DNA of 64,000 nt. Source: an uncultured Pseudomonadota bacterium. Lineage in GTDB: Bacteria; Pseudomonadota; Alphaproteobacteria; JACZXZ01. The notes beneath the pieces are model-generated. The model did no database searches. It had not been told where the DNA came from and saw only the letters and a list, made by a program, of their open reading frames with translations. The stretch spans positions 288,001 through 352,000 of the forward strand of contig CAVVLJ010000017.1 of the NCBI GenBank assembly GCA_963749075.1, given 5' to 3'. A program made the translations under genes and the position numbers. Every line of letters starts with the position of its first letter. Position 1 is the first letter of the stretch. This document shows positions 41,097 through 52,089 of this stretch, in pieces.

Positions 41097-41495
41097 ATGC
41101 CGACACCGCCCGTCTTCCACATGATCCCGGGTGCGGCCCATCCGGTCGCCCCCTATTGCCACGCCGTCGAGGTGGGGGATTGGATCCTGCTCACCGGCCA
41201 GGTGCCGAACGATCCGCCCAACGACGCGGCACCGCTGCCGCCCGACATCGAGGGCCAGGCGCGGCGCACCATGGAGAACCTGCGGCTCGTGCTGCAAGGC
41301 CTCGGGCTCGACCTCGCTCACATCGTCTCGGCGCGCGTCTTCCTCACGCATTTCGAGGAGGATTACGAGCGCATGAACGCGGTCTACCGCGGCTACTTCG
41401 CGCCCGACCGCCTGCCGGCGCGCACCTGCATCGGCGTCACGGCACTCGCGCGCGGCGCCCGCATCGAGATCGACGCGGTGGCGCGGAGGGGGTGA
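41097..41495 (+). CDS. RidA/YjgF family protein
   Basis: PYCHAV, LTGQVP, MNAVY..PARTCIGV..IEIDAVA. Confidence 0.93.
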   Translation: MPTPPVFHMIPGAAHPVAPYCHAVEVGDWILLTGQVPNDPPNDAAPLPPDIEGQARRTMENLRLVLQGLGLDLAHIVSARVFLTHFEEDYERMNAVYRGYFAPDRLPARTCIGVTALARGARIEIDAVARRG

Positions 41496-41514
41496 GGATG
41501 CGGACGCCTTGCTG

Positions 41515-41616
41515 ACCCCCCTCCCTACCCTCCCCCTCAAGGGGGGAGGGGAAAGATGAGCAGGCTGACTAAACGAGCCCCCTCCCCCCTTGAGGGGGAG
41601 GGTTGGGGTGGGGGGT
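41515..41616. repeat. Double-hairpin repeat, copy E, between convergent genes
   Basis: Same inverted arms as copy D. Confidence 0.9.
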
Positions 41617-41628
41617 AAAGAAAAGCCC

Positions 41629-42747
41629 CTACTTCCGCAGCAGCCACTCGCGGCCGACCTTGACGCGCGGGGTGCCGTTGTAGGCGACGATGTCGGCGGT
41701 GGCGTAGGTCTCGTGCCAGTTCTCGGGCAGATAGGAGCCGGTGCCGACCACGTCGATCGGCGCATTGGCGACGGCCATCACCTTGCACTTGGCCGGACCG
41801 AAGCCCGAGGAGGCGACGATCTTGACGTTGGCAAAGCCCGCCTGGTCGAGGCGCTCGCGCAGATACCAGATCGCCGCCGCGGAGACGCCGGTGCCGATGA
41901 GGTAGCGCAGCTCCGTGTCGGTGCGGAAGCCGCGCAACGAATCGGGCGCATTGCGCTCGAGCACCGCGTAGGAGCGCTGCGGGTCGAGCTCCTCCATGAA
42001 GCGGCCGCCGCTGGTGTCGAGGCGCACCGCGAGCCCGCCTTTGGCCGCGAGCTCGGGAAAGCGGCGGGCGACGGCGAGCGTATCGCTGACCTCGCGCCCG
42101 AAGTAATCGACCAGCACCGTGAGCATGGCGTCGGGATGCGCCTCGTGGAACATCTCGGCCGCGGCGACGGTCGAGCCGGCATAGCCAATGAGGGCGTGCG
42201 GCATGGTGCCGAGGCCCTTCTTCTGGCCGAAGTAGTGGGCGGTGGCGTCGGTCGCGTTGCCGACGAAGCCCTTGGCCGCCACTTTACGCCGCGCGCGCGC
42301 CGAGCCGACCGAGGCGGCATAGGCCATCATCTCGGCCATCTCGGCGCCGGCGCAGTGGCGCGCGTCCATGGCGAGAAAAGCGACCCGGGGCAGATCGGCG
42401 CACATGGTGAAGGCGTTGTAGGCCGCGACGCAGGCGGGTCCGATCTTCTGCAGATAGATCGTCTCGAGATCGATGAGGTGATAGAGCGGGCCCGAGAGAT
42501 AGAGGAGCGGCTCGCCGGCGCCGACCCACTTGCCCTCGGGATAGATGAGGTCGATCTCGAACTTGGTCTGGCGCCGCTCGGCGACCGCGAGGAGCCACTC
42601 GACGGCGAGCCGCGGCGCGCTCACCACGGGGCGGCGCAGGAAGACCGCATAGGTGGCGCGCGTGTCGCCGAACTTGCCGACGACCGCCTTGCTGCGGTTG
42701 AAGTAGGCGTCGGTGAGGCGCTCGATCTCGTCGACATCGGGATGCAT
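41629..42747 (-). CDS. Nicotinate phosphoribosyltransferase-like (type II PRTase)
   Basis: TDAYF, DARH, GTMPHALI, LVDY, AVRLDT, IVASSGF. Confidence 0.85.
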   Translation of the reverse strand: MHPDVDEIERLTDAYFNRSKAVVGKFGDTRATYAVFLRRPVVSAPRLAVEWLLAVAERRQTKFEIDLIYPEGKWVGAGEPLLYLSGPLYHLIDLETIYLQKIGPACVAAYNAFTMCADLPRVAFLAMDARHCAGAEMAEMMAYAASVGSARARRKVAAKGFVGNATDATAHYFGQKKGLGTMPHALIGYAGSTVAAAEMFHEAHPDAMLTVLVDYFGREVSDTLAVARRFPELAAKGGLAVRLDTSGGRFMEELDPQRSYAVLERNAPDSLRGFRTDTELRYLIGTGVSAAAIWYLRERLDQAGFANVKIVASSGFGPAKCKVMAVANAPIDVVGTGSYLPENWHETYATADIVAYNGTPRVKVGREWLLRK

Positions 42748-42859
42748 GGCCGCGCCGCCAAGGACGTTGATGGGGCGGCAAGCCTAGCGTGCCTGGGCGG
42801 ATTTTGATAGGCCCCGCGGCCGGGGCGCCGGCCGAACTACGCCGATTAAGCCTCCAAAA

Positions 42860-43039
42860 CTAGGCTACCTTGCGCCAGCCATGGGCGACCAGGTCGGCGA
42901 GAATGCCGTAATTGACCCGGCCTTGGCCGATATGCGCCGATGCCGCTGCTCTATAATCCTTAACGAGCACTTGCAGCACCGAGCGCAGCTCAGGCGGCAA
43001 TTCGGTCTCGGCCAGTTCGAGCGATTCTTTCGTTTCCAT
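42860..43039 (-). CDS. 59-aa small protein absent from the ORF track
   Basis: AGGAGGGAG RBS; METKESLELAETELPPELRSVLQVLVKDYRAAASAHIGQGRVNYGILADLVAHGWRKVA*. Confidence 0.65.
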   Translation of the reverse strand: METKESLELAETELPPELRSVLQVLVKDYRAAASAHIGQGRVNYGILADLVAHGWRKVA

Positions 43040-43164
43040 CGCTCCCTCCTACTCGCAATCGGCATCAGCTATCGCGCCGTGGCGCACTGATGCGAGAGGG
43101 AGTCTACACCGGCGGCCGTAAGGAAATTGTTATGGGATTTCTCGCTGCCGCGCGCCCGCCCCGC

Positions 43165-44214
43165 TCACATCAGGAAGACGCCTTTCCCGGCGTTCTGCGC
43201 GTCGAACAGGCGATAGGCCTCCGCCGCCTGCTCGAGGCGCCAGCGGTGGGTGAAGAGGCGCTCGACCGCGACGTTACGCTCGACGACGAAGCTCGCGCAC
43301 TCGGCCTGGCCGATGGTCGAGAAGGTCCACGAGCCGATGACGGTGAGCTGCCTCCGCAAGAGATCGCGGCTCACGTCGAGGGTGACGCTGCCGCCCTCGC
43401 CCACGAAGCAAGCAGTACCCCAGGTGCGCGTGCTCTGCACGGCGGCGAGCCGCGCCGCGGGCGCGCCCGAGGTGTCGAGGGTGAGATCGGCGCCGGCGCC
43501 GTGGGTGAGCTCGTTGATCGCGGCGACGGGATCGGTGCTGCCGGGATCGACGGTCTCGGCAGCACCGAACTCCTTGGCGCGGGCGAGCCGCTCGGGGCTC
43601 ACGTCGAGGGCGATGACGCGGGCACCCATGGCCGCCGCGAGCTGGGTCGCCGAGAGGCCGACCGGGCCCTGGCCGAAGACGGCGAGCACGTCGCGGCCCG
43701 AGAGGTTCATGCGCCTGAGTGCTGCATAGGCCGTCCCGGTGCCGCAGGAGATGGCGGCTCCGACCGCGAAGCTCAGCGCCTCGGGCAAGGGAACCAGCGT
43801 CGCCGCAGGCACCTTCATGTAGGGCGCGTGCGCGCCGTGGCCGGTGAAGCCGTAGACCACGATGCCCTCGCGGCAGAGCTGCGCCCAGCCGCTGCGGCAA
43901 TGGCCGCACACGCCGCAGCCCTTGTAGTGATGCACCATCGCGCGCATGCCGGGCCGGGCCTGGCGCTCGTGACACACGGCCCGACCGCGGCCACGATCCC
44001 GCAGGGCTCGTGCCCGGCGATCACCGGACCGGCGTCCGCGCCGAGACCGAGTGCCGCCGCAGCGTCGCTCCTCGGCGGCGCGGTAGGGCTTGAGATCCGA
44101 GCCGCACATCCCCGAGGCCTTGATCTCGAGCACCACCTCGCCCGGTCCCGGCGTCGGGTCGGGAAAGCTCATGAGCTCGACCGCACGGTCGCCGGTGAAG
44201 ACGACGCCTTTCAT
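43165..44214 (-). CDS. Zn-dependent alcohol dehydrogenase (MDR) with compensating +1/-1 frameshifts (~44077, ~43968)
   Basis: GMCGSD; GHEPCG present only in the alternate frame; CGVCGHC..C; GQGPVG. Confidence 0.88.
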   Translation of the reverse strand: MKGVVFTGDRAVELMSFPDPTPGPGEVVLEIKASGMCGSDLKPYRAAEERRCGGTRSRRGRRSGDRRARALRDRGRGRAVCHERQARPGMRAMVHHYKGCGVCGHCRSGWAQLCREGIVVYGFTGHGAHAPYMKVPAATLVPLPEALSFAVGAAISCGTGTAYAALRRMNLSGRDVLAVFGQGPVGLSATQLAAAMGARVIALDVSPERLARAKEFGAAETVDPGSTDPVAAINELTHGAGADLTLDTSGAPAARLAAVQSTRTWGTACFVGEGGSVTLDVSRDLLRRQLTVIGSWTFSTIGQAECASFVVERNVAVERLFTHRWRLEQAAEAYRLFDAQNAGKGVFLM

Positions 44215-44247
44215 GACGGAGCTTCTCCCTGATCAGAGCTTTCTTAA

Positions 44248-44296
44248 ACCCCCCACCCTACCCTCCCCCTCAAGGGGGGAGGGTAGGGTGGGGGGT
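44248..44296. repeat. Collapsed single-hairpin copy F (perfect 22-bp arms)
   Basis: ACCCCCCACCCTACCCTCCCCC-TCAAG-GGGGGAGGGTAGGGTGGGGGGT. Confidence 0.9.
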
Positions 44297-44313
44297 ACGC
44301 CTTTCCGATACCG

Positions 44314-45696
44314 CTACGACGCCGCCGCCACTCTGTGGGCGCTCTCCGTGCGCAGGGACTTGAGCTCCTCGGCGATGAGGAAGGCGAGCTCGAGCGCCTG
44401 GGTGGCGTTGAGGCGCGGGTCGCAGTGCGTGTGGTAGCGGTCGGCGAGCTGGCTCTCGTCGATCGCCTGGGCGCCGCCGATGCACTCGGTCACCTCCTGG
44501 CCGGTCATCTCGAAATGCACGCCTCCCGCGAAGGTGCCCTCGGCCTGGTGCACGGCGAAAAAGCGGCGCACCTCGCCGAGGATGCGGTCGAAGGCACGCG
44601 TCTTGTAGCCGTTGGCGGACTTGACCGTATTGCCGTGCATGGGATCGCACGCCCACACGACCTTCTTGCCCTCGCGCTCGACGGCGCGGATGAGGGGCGG
44701 CAGCTTCTTCTCCACCAAATCCATGCCCATGCGCGCGATGAGGGTGAGCCGCCCGGGCTCGTTGGCCGGATTGAGCGCGTCCGCGAGCCGGAGGAGATCG
44801 TCGGGCGCGAGCGAGGGCCCGCATTTGAGGCCGAGCGGGTTCTTGACCCCGCGCAGGAACTCGACGTGGGCGCCGTCCGCCTGGCGCGTGCGGTCGCCGA
44901 TCCAGAGGAGATGCGCCGAGCAGCCGTACCAGTCCCCGGTCAGGCTGTCCTGGCGGGTGAGCGCTCGCTCGTAAGGGAGGAGCAGCGCCTCGTGGGAGGT
45001 GAAGAAGGAGACCTCGCGCACGCTCGGCGTGCTCTCGGAGGTGAGCCCGCAGGCCTCCATGAAGGCGAGCGCCTCGGTTATGCGGTCGGCGAGCTCCTGG
45101 TAGCGGGCACCCGCGCTGCTCTTGAGCACGAAGTCCTGTGTCCAGCGGTGCACCTTGTGGAGGTCGGCGAAGCCGCCGAGTGCGAAGGCGCGCAAAAGGT
45201 TGAGCGTGGCGGCCGACTGGTTGTAGGCCTGCACCATGCGCTGGGGATCGGGCGTGCGGGCGGCTGCCTCGAACTCGATGCCGTTGATGATGTCGCCGCG
45301 GTAGCTCGGCAGCTCGACCCCACCCTGGCGCTCGCTCTCCTCCGAGCGCGGCTTGGCGAACTGGCCGGCCACGCGCCCCACCTTGACGACCGGCAGTGCC
45401 GCGCCATAAGTGAGCACCACCGCCATCTGGAGAAATACCTTGAAGCTGTCGCGGATGTTGTTGGCGGAGAACTCGGCGAAGCTCTCGGCGCAGTCGCCGC
45501 CCTGGAGGAGGAACGACTTGCCCGCGGCCACGCGCGCGAGCTCGGCCTTCAAGTTGCGCGCCTCGCCGGCGAAGACGAGCGGCGGGAAGCGGGCGAGCTG
45601 CGCCTCGGCGCGGCCGAGCGCCTCCTCGTCGGGATAGACGGGCGCCTGCTTGGCAGGCTTCATGCGCCAACTGTCGGGCGTCCACGGGGCGGCCAT
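44314..45696 (-). CDS. Class II DAHP synthase
   Basis: [43 protein letters not shown]. Confidence 0.97.
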   Translation of the reverse strand: MAAPWTPDSWRMKPAKQAPVYPDEEALGRAEAQLARFPPLVFAGEARNLKAELARVAAGKSFLLQGGDCAESFAEFSANNIRDSFKVFLQMAVVLTYGAALPVVKVGRVAGQFAKPRSEESERQGGVELPSYRGDIINGIEFEAAARTPDPQRMVQAYNQSAATLNLLRAFALGGFADLHKVHRWTQDFVLKSSAGARYQELADRITEALAFMEACGLTSESTPSVREVSFFTSHEALLLPYERALTRQDSLTGDWYGCSAHLLWIGDRTRQADGAHVEFLRGVKNPLGLKCGPSLAPDDLLRLADALNPANEPGRLTLIARMGMDLVEKKLPPLIRAVEREGKKVVWACDPMHGNTVKSANGYKTRAFDRILGEVRRFFAVHQAEGTFAGGVHFEMTGQEVTECIGGAQAIDESQLADRYHTHCDPRLNATQALELAFLIAEELKSLRTESAHRVAAAS

Positions 45697-45812
45697 GTCT
45701 CGCGTCCTTCGGGTTGCCGTGCTGGAAAGCCCAGTCTATACGACGATTCGATGGTGCTTTCCAGAGCGAAATCCCTCTCCGCGCGCGGCGGCGCCCGTCG
45801 GGCAATGCGCTT

Positions 45813-45846
45813 TTGAACTTCTCTGTATATGATGGTAATATACAGG
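45813..45846 (+). promoter_or_regulatory. Leaderless brnTA promoter with operator
   Basis: TTGAAC-17 bp-TAATAT, 5 nt to ATG 45847; perfect IR CTGTATAT-N7-ATATACAG (45823-45845). Confidence 0.75.
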
Positions 45847-46149
45847 ATGATCGCGCTCGACCTGATTGTCGGCTTCGAGTGGGACGACGGCAATCTTCGG
45901 AAGAGCGCGGTCAAACATGGCGTGAGCCAGGCCGAGGCGGAGCAGGTGTTTCTCAACGAGCCTTTGCTCGTCGTCGAGGACAGAAGCCACAGCGGCGCCG
46001 AAACGCGGTTCCACGCGCTCGGGAGAAGCGATGCCGGCCGCCGGCTGCACGTGACGTTCACGGTCCGCCAGAACGGAACCTTGATCCGCGTGATCTCGGC
46101 GCGGGACATGCACCGCAAGGAGCGAGTCCGTTATGCAGAAGAGACATAA
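45847..46149 (+). CDS. brnT: BrnT family toxin
   Basis: FEWDDGN..KHGVSQAEAEQVF...IRVISARDMHRKER. Confidence 0.92.
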   Translation: MIALDLIVGFEWDDGNLRKSAVKHGVSQAEAEQVFLNEPLLVVEDRSHSGAETRFHALGRSDAGRRLHVTFTVRQNGTLIRVISARDMHRKERVRYAEET

Positions 46150-46402
46150 GACCGCCCCACGCTTCCGAAACGAGGCGGAGGAACGCCGGTTTTGGGAAAG
46201 CCATGATTCGACGGCATATGTGGATTGGCGCTCGGCCGAGCGCGTCCGCATGCCGAACCTCAAGCCGTCCACGGTCTCGATCTCGCTGAGGCTCCCCGCG
46301 GGTCTTCTCGAGCGCATCAAGATCGCGGCCAACAAGCGAGACGTGCCCTATCAATCGCTCATCAAGTCATGGCTCGCCGAGAAGCTCGATCGCCTTTCGT
46401 GA
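46133..46402 (+). CDS. brnA: BrnA/CopG-like antitoxin
   Basis: EERRFWESHDS, ISLRLP...RDVPYQSLIK. Confidence 0.88.
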   Translation: MQKRHKTAPRFRNEAEERRFWESHDSTAYVDWRSAERVRMPNLKPSTVSISLRLPAGLLERIKIAANKRDVPYQSLIKSWLAEKLDRLS

Positions 46403-46409
46403 GCGCCGC

Positions 46410-47786
46410 CTATTCCGCCGCCTGCTTCTCGGGCTCCGGCGCGGCCGTGCGCATGGTGACGAACTCCTCGGCCGCGGTCGGATGGATGCCGATGGTGCGG
46501 TCGAAGTCGCTCTTGGTGGCACCCGCCTTGATCGCCACGGCGAGGCCCTGGATGATCTCGGCTGCCCCCTCCCCCACCATGTGAGCGCCCACCACCCGCC
46601 CGCCCGCGCGCTCGACCACGAGCTTCATCATGGTGCGCTCGTCGCGACCCGAGAGCGTGTGCTTCAGGGGCCGGAAGTGCTGACGGTAGACGTCGACCGC
46701 GCCATGCGACTTGCGCGCCGCCTCCTCGCTCAAGCCGACGGTCGCAAGCTCGGGCTGGCTGAAGACGGCGGCGGGCACGTTGGCGTGATCGGGCCTGGTG
46801 GGATTGCCGTTGAAGACGGTCTCGGCGAAGGCCTGGCCTTCGGCGATCGCCACCGGCGTCAAGTTGATGCGGTCGGTCACGTCGCCCACCGCATAGATGT
46901 TCTCGACGGAGCTCCGCGAGTAGGCGTCGACCTCGACCGCCCCCTTGGCGTTCAGCTTGACGCCCGCCGCCTCGAGCCCCAGCCCCTTGCTCGAGGGCGC
47001 GCGGCCGGTTGCAAACATCACGACGTCGGCCTCGAGCCGCTCGCCGTTCGTGAGCGTCGCGACGAGGCCGGCCGAGCCGCGCTCGACGGCGGCGATCTCG
47101 GCGTTGAAGCGGAGATCGACGCCCTTCTTGCGCGTCTCCTCGGCGAGCGTCTGGCGCAAATCGCCGTCGAAGCCGCGGAGGAAAAGCGGGCCGCGGTAGA
47201 GCTGGGTGACGCGGCTGCCCATGCCGTTGAAGATGCCGGCGAACTCGCAGGCGATGTAGCCGCCGCCCACGATGGCGACGCGTTCGGGGAGGCGCTCGAG
47301 GAAGAAGGCCTCGTTCGAGGTGATGCCATGCCCGGCGCCGTGGAGCGGCGGGATCACCGGCCAGCCGCCCGTGGCGATGAGGATCGTCCCGGCGCTCACG
47401 CGCCGGCTGGGGAGCTCGACCGTATGAGCATCGCGCAAGCTGGCGCGCGACGAGAGGATCTCGACGCCCGACTCCTCGAGGAGCTGGCGGTAGACGCCAT
47501 TGAGCCGCGCGATCTCCTTGTTCTTGTGGGCGATGAGGGCGGGCCAGTCGAAGCGGCGCTCGCCGAGGGTCCAGCCGTAGCCGGCCGCGTCCGCGAAATG
47601 CTCGCTGTAGTGGCTCGCGTAGACGAGGAGCTTCTTGGGGATGCAGCCGACGTTGACGCAGGTGCCGCCCAGGTAGCGCTCCTCGGCGAGGGCCACCCGC
47701 GCGCCGTAGCGCGCCGCGACCCGGCTCGCGCGCACGCCGCCCGAGCCGCCGCCGATCACGAAGAGGTCGTAGTCGTAGCCCGCCAT
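46410..47786 (-). CDS. gor: Glutathione reductase
   Basis: GGTCVNVGCIPKK, GGGYIACEF, IGIHPTAAEEFV. Confidence 0.96.
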   Translation of the reverse strand: MAGYDYDLFVIGGGSGGVRASRVAARYGARVALAEERYLGGTCVNVGCIPKKLLVYASHYSEHFADAAGYGWTLGERRFDWPALIAHKNKEIARLNGVYRQLLEESGVEILSSRASLRDAHTVELPSRRVSAGTILIATGGWPVIPPLHGAGHGITSNEAFFLERLPERVAIVGGGYIACEFAGIFNGMGSRVTQLYRGPLFLRGFDGDLRQTLAEETRKKGVDLRFNAEIAAVERGSAGLVATLTNGERLEADVVMFATGRAPSSKGLGLEAAGVKLNAKGAVEVDAYSRSSVENIYAVGDVTDRINLTPVAIAEGQAFAETVFNGNPTRPDHANVPAAVFSQPELATVGLSEEAARKSHGAVDVYRQHFRPLKHTLSGRDERTMMKLVVERAGGRVVGAHMVGEGAAEIIQGLAVAIKAGATKSDFDRTIGIHPTAAEEFVTMRTAAPEPEKQAAE

Positions 47787-47874
47787 CGCCTGAGCCTTTC
47801 CGCCCCCGGAAGCCGTTCCGTGCCGGGGATATAGCCCAAAACGGCGGGAAGGCGAAGGCGCCGGCGCGTGCCGC

Positions 47875-48321
47875 TCAGTAGCGCTTGTAGGGGAGGAACT
47901 TGCCCGCCATGACGATCTCCACCCGGTCGCCCTTGGGGTCGGGCTTGCGGCGGACCTCCATGTCGAAATCGATGGCGCTCATGATGCCGTCGCCGAACTC
48001 CTCCTCGATGAGCGCCTTGCAAGTGGTGCCATAGACCTGCATGAGCTCGTAGAAGCGGTAGATGAGGGGATCGGTCGGGATCGCGGTGGGCAGCGAGCCG
48101 CGATAGGGCACCTCGGAGAGGAGGGCCGCCTCCTCGGCGCCGAGCCCGAGGAGCTTGGCCGCCTTGGCGGCCTGGGCCTTCTCCAGCGTCATCTGGCCGA
48201 GAAGGGCCGCCGTGATGAAAAGGGGCGAGTTGCCGCCGATCGTCTTGGCGATGGCCTGCCAGGTGAGGCCCTTCTTGCGCTTGGCGGCGATGATCTTCTC
48301 GGTCAGCTCGGCTCGCGTCAT
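47875..48321 (-). CDS. cynS: Cyanase
   Basis: PTDPLIYRFYE, EEFGDGIMSAIDF, GKFLPY. Confidence 0.97.
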   Translation of the reverse strand: MTRAELTEKIIAAKRKKGLTWQAIAKTIGGNSPLFITAALLGQMTLEKAQAAKAAKLLGLGAEEAALLSEVPYRGSLPTAIPTDPLIYRFYELMQVYGTTCKALIEEEFGDGIMSAIDFDMEVRRKPDPKGDRVEIVMAGKFLPYKRY

Positions 48322-48535
48322 GGCACGGCTCCCTTCCCTTGTCTTTTCTCCAAGGTAGCAACCGCCATGCCAAAGCGGCGGCAGCGGAAGCCGCGCGCCG
48401 GGCCGTCTCGCGCGGCGCCTTTTGTTAGAATCGCCTATTTCTTGAGCAAAATGCGGCGGCCGCAGCCGTCGCGATTGTTTATCGCGACGCCGCTCCCTAG
48501 AATCGCCGCTCCACCGGCTCTCGAGAGGAAGTCCC

Positions 48536-50401
<1,866 letters not shown>

Positions 50402-50422
50402 TCGGCAGGCTTGCGTTAAATT

Positions 50423-50577
50423 TCCTCTCCCCCTTTAGGGGGAGAGGATCAAGGTGAGGGGGCCTCTCGCGGGCAGCCCTGGTGCCACGAGTTCATCGCC
50501 GCTTAGTCCCCCCTCCCTAACCCTCCCCCTCAAGGGGGGAGGGCATATGCATCGCATGGCATAAACTTTACCCTAAG
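50423..50577. repeat. Two partial palindromic repeats (variant arm 50423-50462; truncated A-type 50508-50568)
   Basis: CCTCTCCCCCT-TT-AGGGGGAGAGG hairpin, then a family-1 arm with an A-like spacer. Confidence 0.75.
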
Positions 50578-50578
50578 C

Positions 50579-50767
50579 TCACCTGCGGCGCGCGCGACGC
50601 TCCGCGATGATGGCCTCGACGTTGACGGGAGCGGGCGGCCTGCTCCTCAGCCCCGCCTCGATTTCCCGGCGCAATGCGAGACGCTTCTGGTCGTAATCGT
50701 CGAACGGCTTCGACTCCTCACGCGCACGCTGCACAACTTCCCGGGCGGGCCGCACGGTCTTGGCCAT
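50579..50767 (-). CDS. Degenerate ParD-like (CC2985-type) antitoxin, no toxin partner
   Basis: AREVVQRA...KRLALRREIEAGLRS.P...EAIIAERRAR. Confidence 0.5.
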   Translation of the reverse strand: MAKTVRPAREVVQRAREESKPFDDYDQKRLALRREIEAGLRSRPPAPVNVEAIIAERRARRR

Positions 50768-50793
50768 CGGTTCATTCCATGCTGGAGGTTGCA

Positions 50794-50830
50794 AGCATAA
50801 CGCGATGTCGAATTTTGTCAAATCTTGACA
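50794..50830 (-). promoter_or_regulatory. Promoter/operator of the ParD-like gene
   Basis: TTGACA-16 bp-TATGCT on the minus strand; palindrome TGTCAA-atc-TTGACA (50816-50830). Confidence 0.55.
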
Positions 50831-50879
50831 TTTTTACGCGTCCTTGGGGCACCATTCCGTGGCAAACCTGCCACCTCGT

Positions 50880-50929
50880 TCATATCCCCCCATGCACAGA
50901 TACTTCACCTCGAGATACTCCTCGATGCC
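50880..50929 (-). repeat. Displaced duplicate of the gabD 3' end (direct repeat of 52090-52140)
   Basis: Encodes GIEEYLEVKYLCMGG; differs by two synonymous changes and one base in a G run. Confidence 0.93.
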
Positions 50930-50945
50930 CGCGCCGGCTGGACGA

Positions 50946-51623
50946 TCACGCCGACATCTTGGATCTGGGCTCGCGAGCCGTAAGCCGCTCCACGAGAACG
51001 GCGAGCTTGTCGAAGATATCCCGAGCGACCGGCATGGTGGAGCGACCGTGAGCAAGCGCGTTTCTCAATGTGACCCCGGGCACGAGCTGGTCGTACTCCT
51101 CCGGCTCCAGCAGGCCGAACGACACCAGGTCCTTAAGAAGCGCGATCGGCGTCTTCGGTCCGTCTCGCGAGACGCCAAGCTCCTTCAGCCGGTGATGGGC
51201 GGCCGCCTCCAAGAGTGACCACAGCAGCAGCAGCGCTGCGGCCTGCTCGTTCGACTCATAGAGCCGACGAGCCGAGCGAAGTTTCTTCCTGATCGCGCTG
51301 GGAGATGGAGGCGGCGGCACATTGGCCGCGCGGCCAGACGGCGGCGCAGCCAAGACCAGCCTGAGCTGCCATCCGGGATGGCGACGGACTTCTGCCGCCA
51401 GGTCTCGCCAGGAACTGGGGTCTTGGCCCCACGAACCGCCTTTAACCTCGACAACCAAATGCTCCGCACCGCGGTGGGCGACAAGATCGGGGCGAAAGCC
51501 GTGCAGGAATTCGGGCAAGTCATTTCTGCCAGGTTCCCGTATAACGTCGTATCCTTGGCGCACGAGATCGTCGGCTGCCCTCGCAATCGCCTCCTTTTCA
51601 ACCTGCGCGGGCTCTGCGGTCAT
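50946..51623 (-). CDS. PD-(D/E)xK (AHJR-like) nuclease fused to a HEPN domain
   Basis: FRPDLVA..LVVEVK; C-terminal helical domain with WSLLEAA and RNALAH (R-x4-H). Confidence 0.8.
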   Translation of the reverse strand: MTAEPAQVEKEAIARAADDLVRQGYDVIREPGRNDLPEFLHGFRPDLVAHRGAEHLVVEVKGGSWGQDPSSWRDLAAEVRRHPGWQLRLVLAAPPSGRAANVPPPPSPSAIRKKLRSARRLYESNEQAAALLLLWSLLEAAAHHRLKELGVSRDGPKTPIALLKDLVSFGLLEPEEYDQLVPGVTLRNALAHGRSTMPVARDIFDKLAVLVERLTAREPRSKMSA

Positions 51624-52030
51624 GACGGTACCTCGCCGTGGTCAGGAGGATTGGAAATACGGATATACACGAAGTCACGGGTGACCCCCGCAAGGGCATT
51701 GGCCAGGCTAGGCGATGGGTTGCGAACTGTGAGTCCTCCGGTCAGGCCGGTCTTGCGCACGATAAGCTGTTCTATAACCCGATCGTTCGCGTAGACGACA
51801 TCCTCCAGGCAATCCAAGATCGGTTTCGCGATATTATCGACATCGAGATCGGTGTAATCGGCATAGAAATAGATGATGAGCGCGCCCACGCCCTCGCCCA
51901 CCAGCGGCGTTCCAGCGGGCAAGCTCGCCTGCGCTGCGGCACGAACATTTCCCTGCCAGCGTCGCTTTGACGGCGACGAGGCTTGTAGCGAGATCGGAGT
52001 GCCGTCAACGGTAAAGTCAAACGGCTCCAC
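51620..52030 (-). CDS. RusA-family Holliday junction resolvase-like protein
   Basis: DVDNIAKPILDCLEDVVYAND catalytic signature; ATGA overlap with the next gene. Confidence 0.82.
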   Translation of the reverse strand: MEPFDFTVDGTPISLQASSPSKRRWQGNVRAAAQASLPAGTPLVGEGVGALIIYFYADYTDLDVDNIAKPILDCLEDVVYANDRVIEQLIVRKTGLTGGLTVRNPSPSLANALAGVTRDFVYIRISNPPDHGEVPS

Positions 52031-52089
52031 GGATTGTCTTTCGAGCCATAAATGTCTCCGCGGCCAGTATAGCTCCGGCGCCCCTCACA

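Larger units (their letters stand above)
50930..52089. mobile_element. Integrase-less 1.16-kb islet at the gabD 3' end
   Basis: Bounded by ~50-bp direct repeats; lower GC by eye; contains only two genes. Confidence 0.75.

Noticed and set aside
45697-46410. Gene-end duplications around brnTA, higBA and hicAB like the gabD case
   Set aside because: Searched by eye; no duplicated neighbouring gene ends found.
50834-51055. ORF containing GIEEYLEVKYLCMGG as a second aldehyde dehydrogenase
   Set aside because: Only the 50-bp duplicated gabD end; not a gene.
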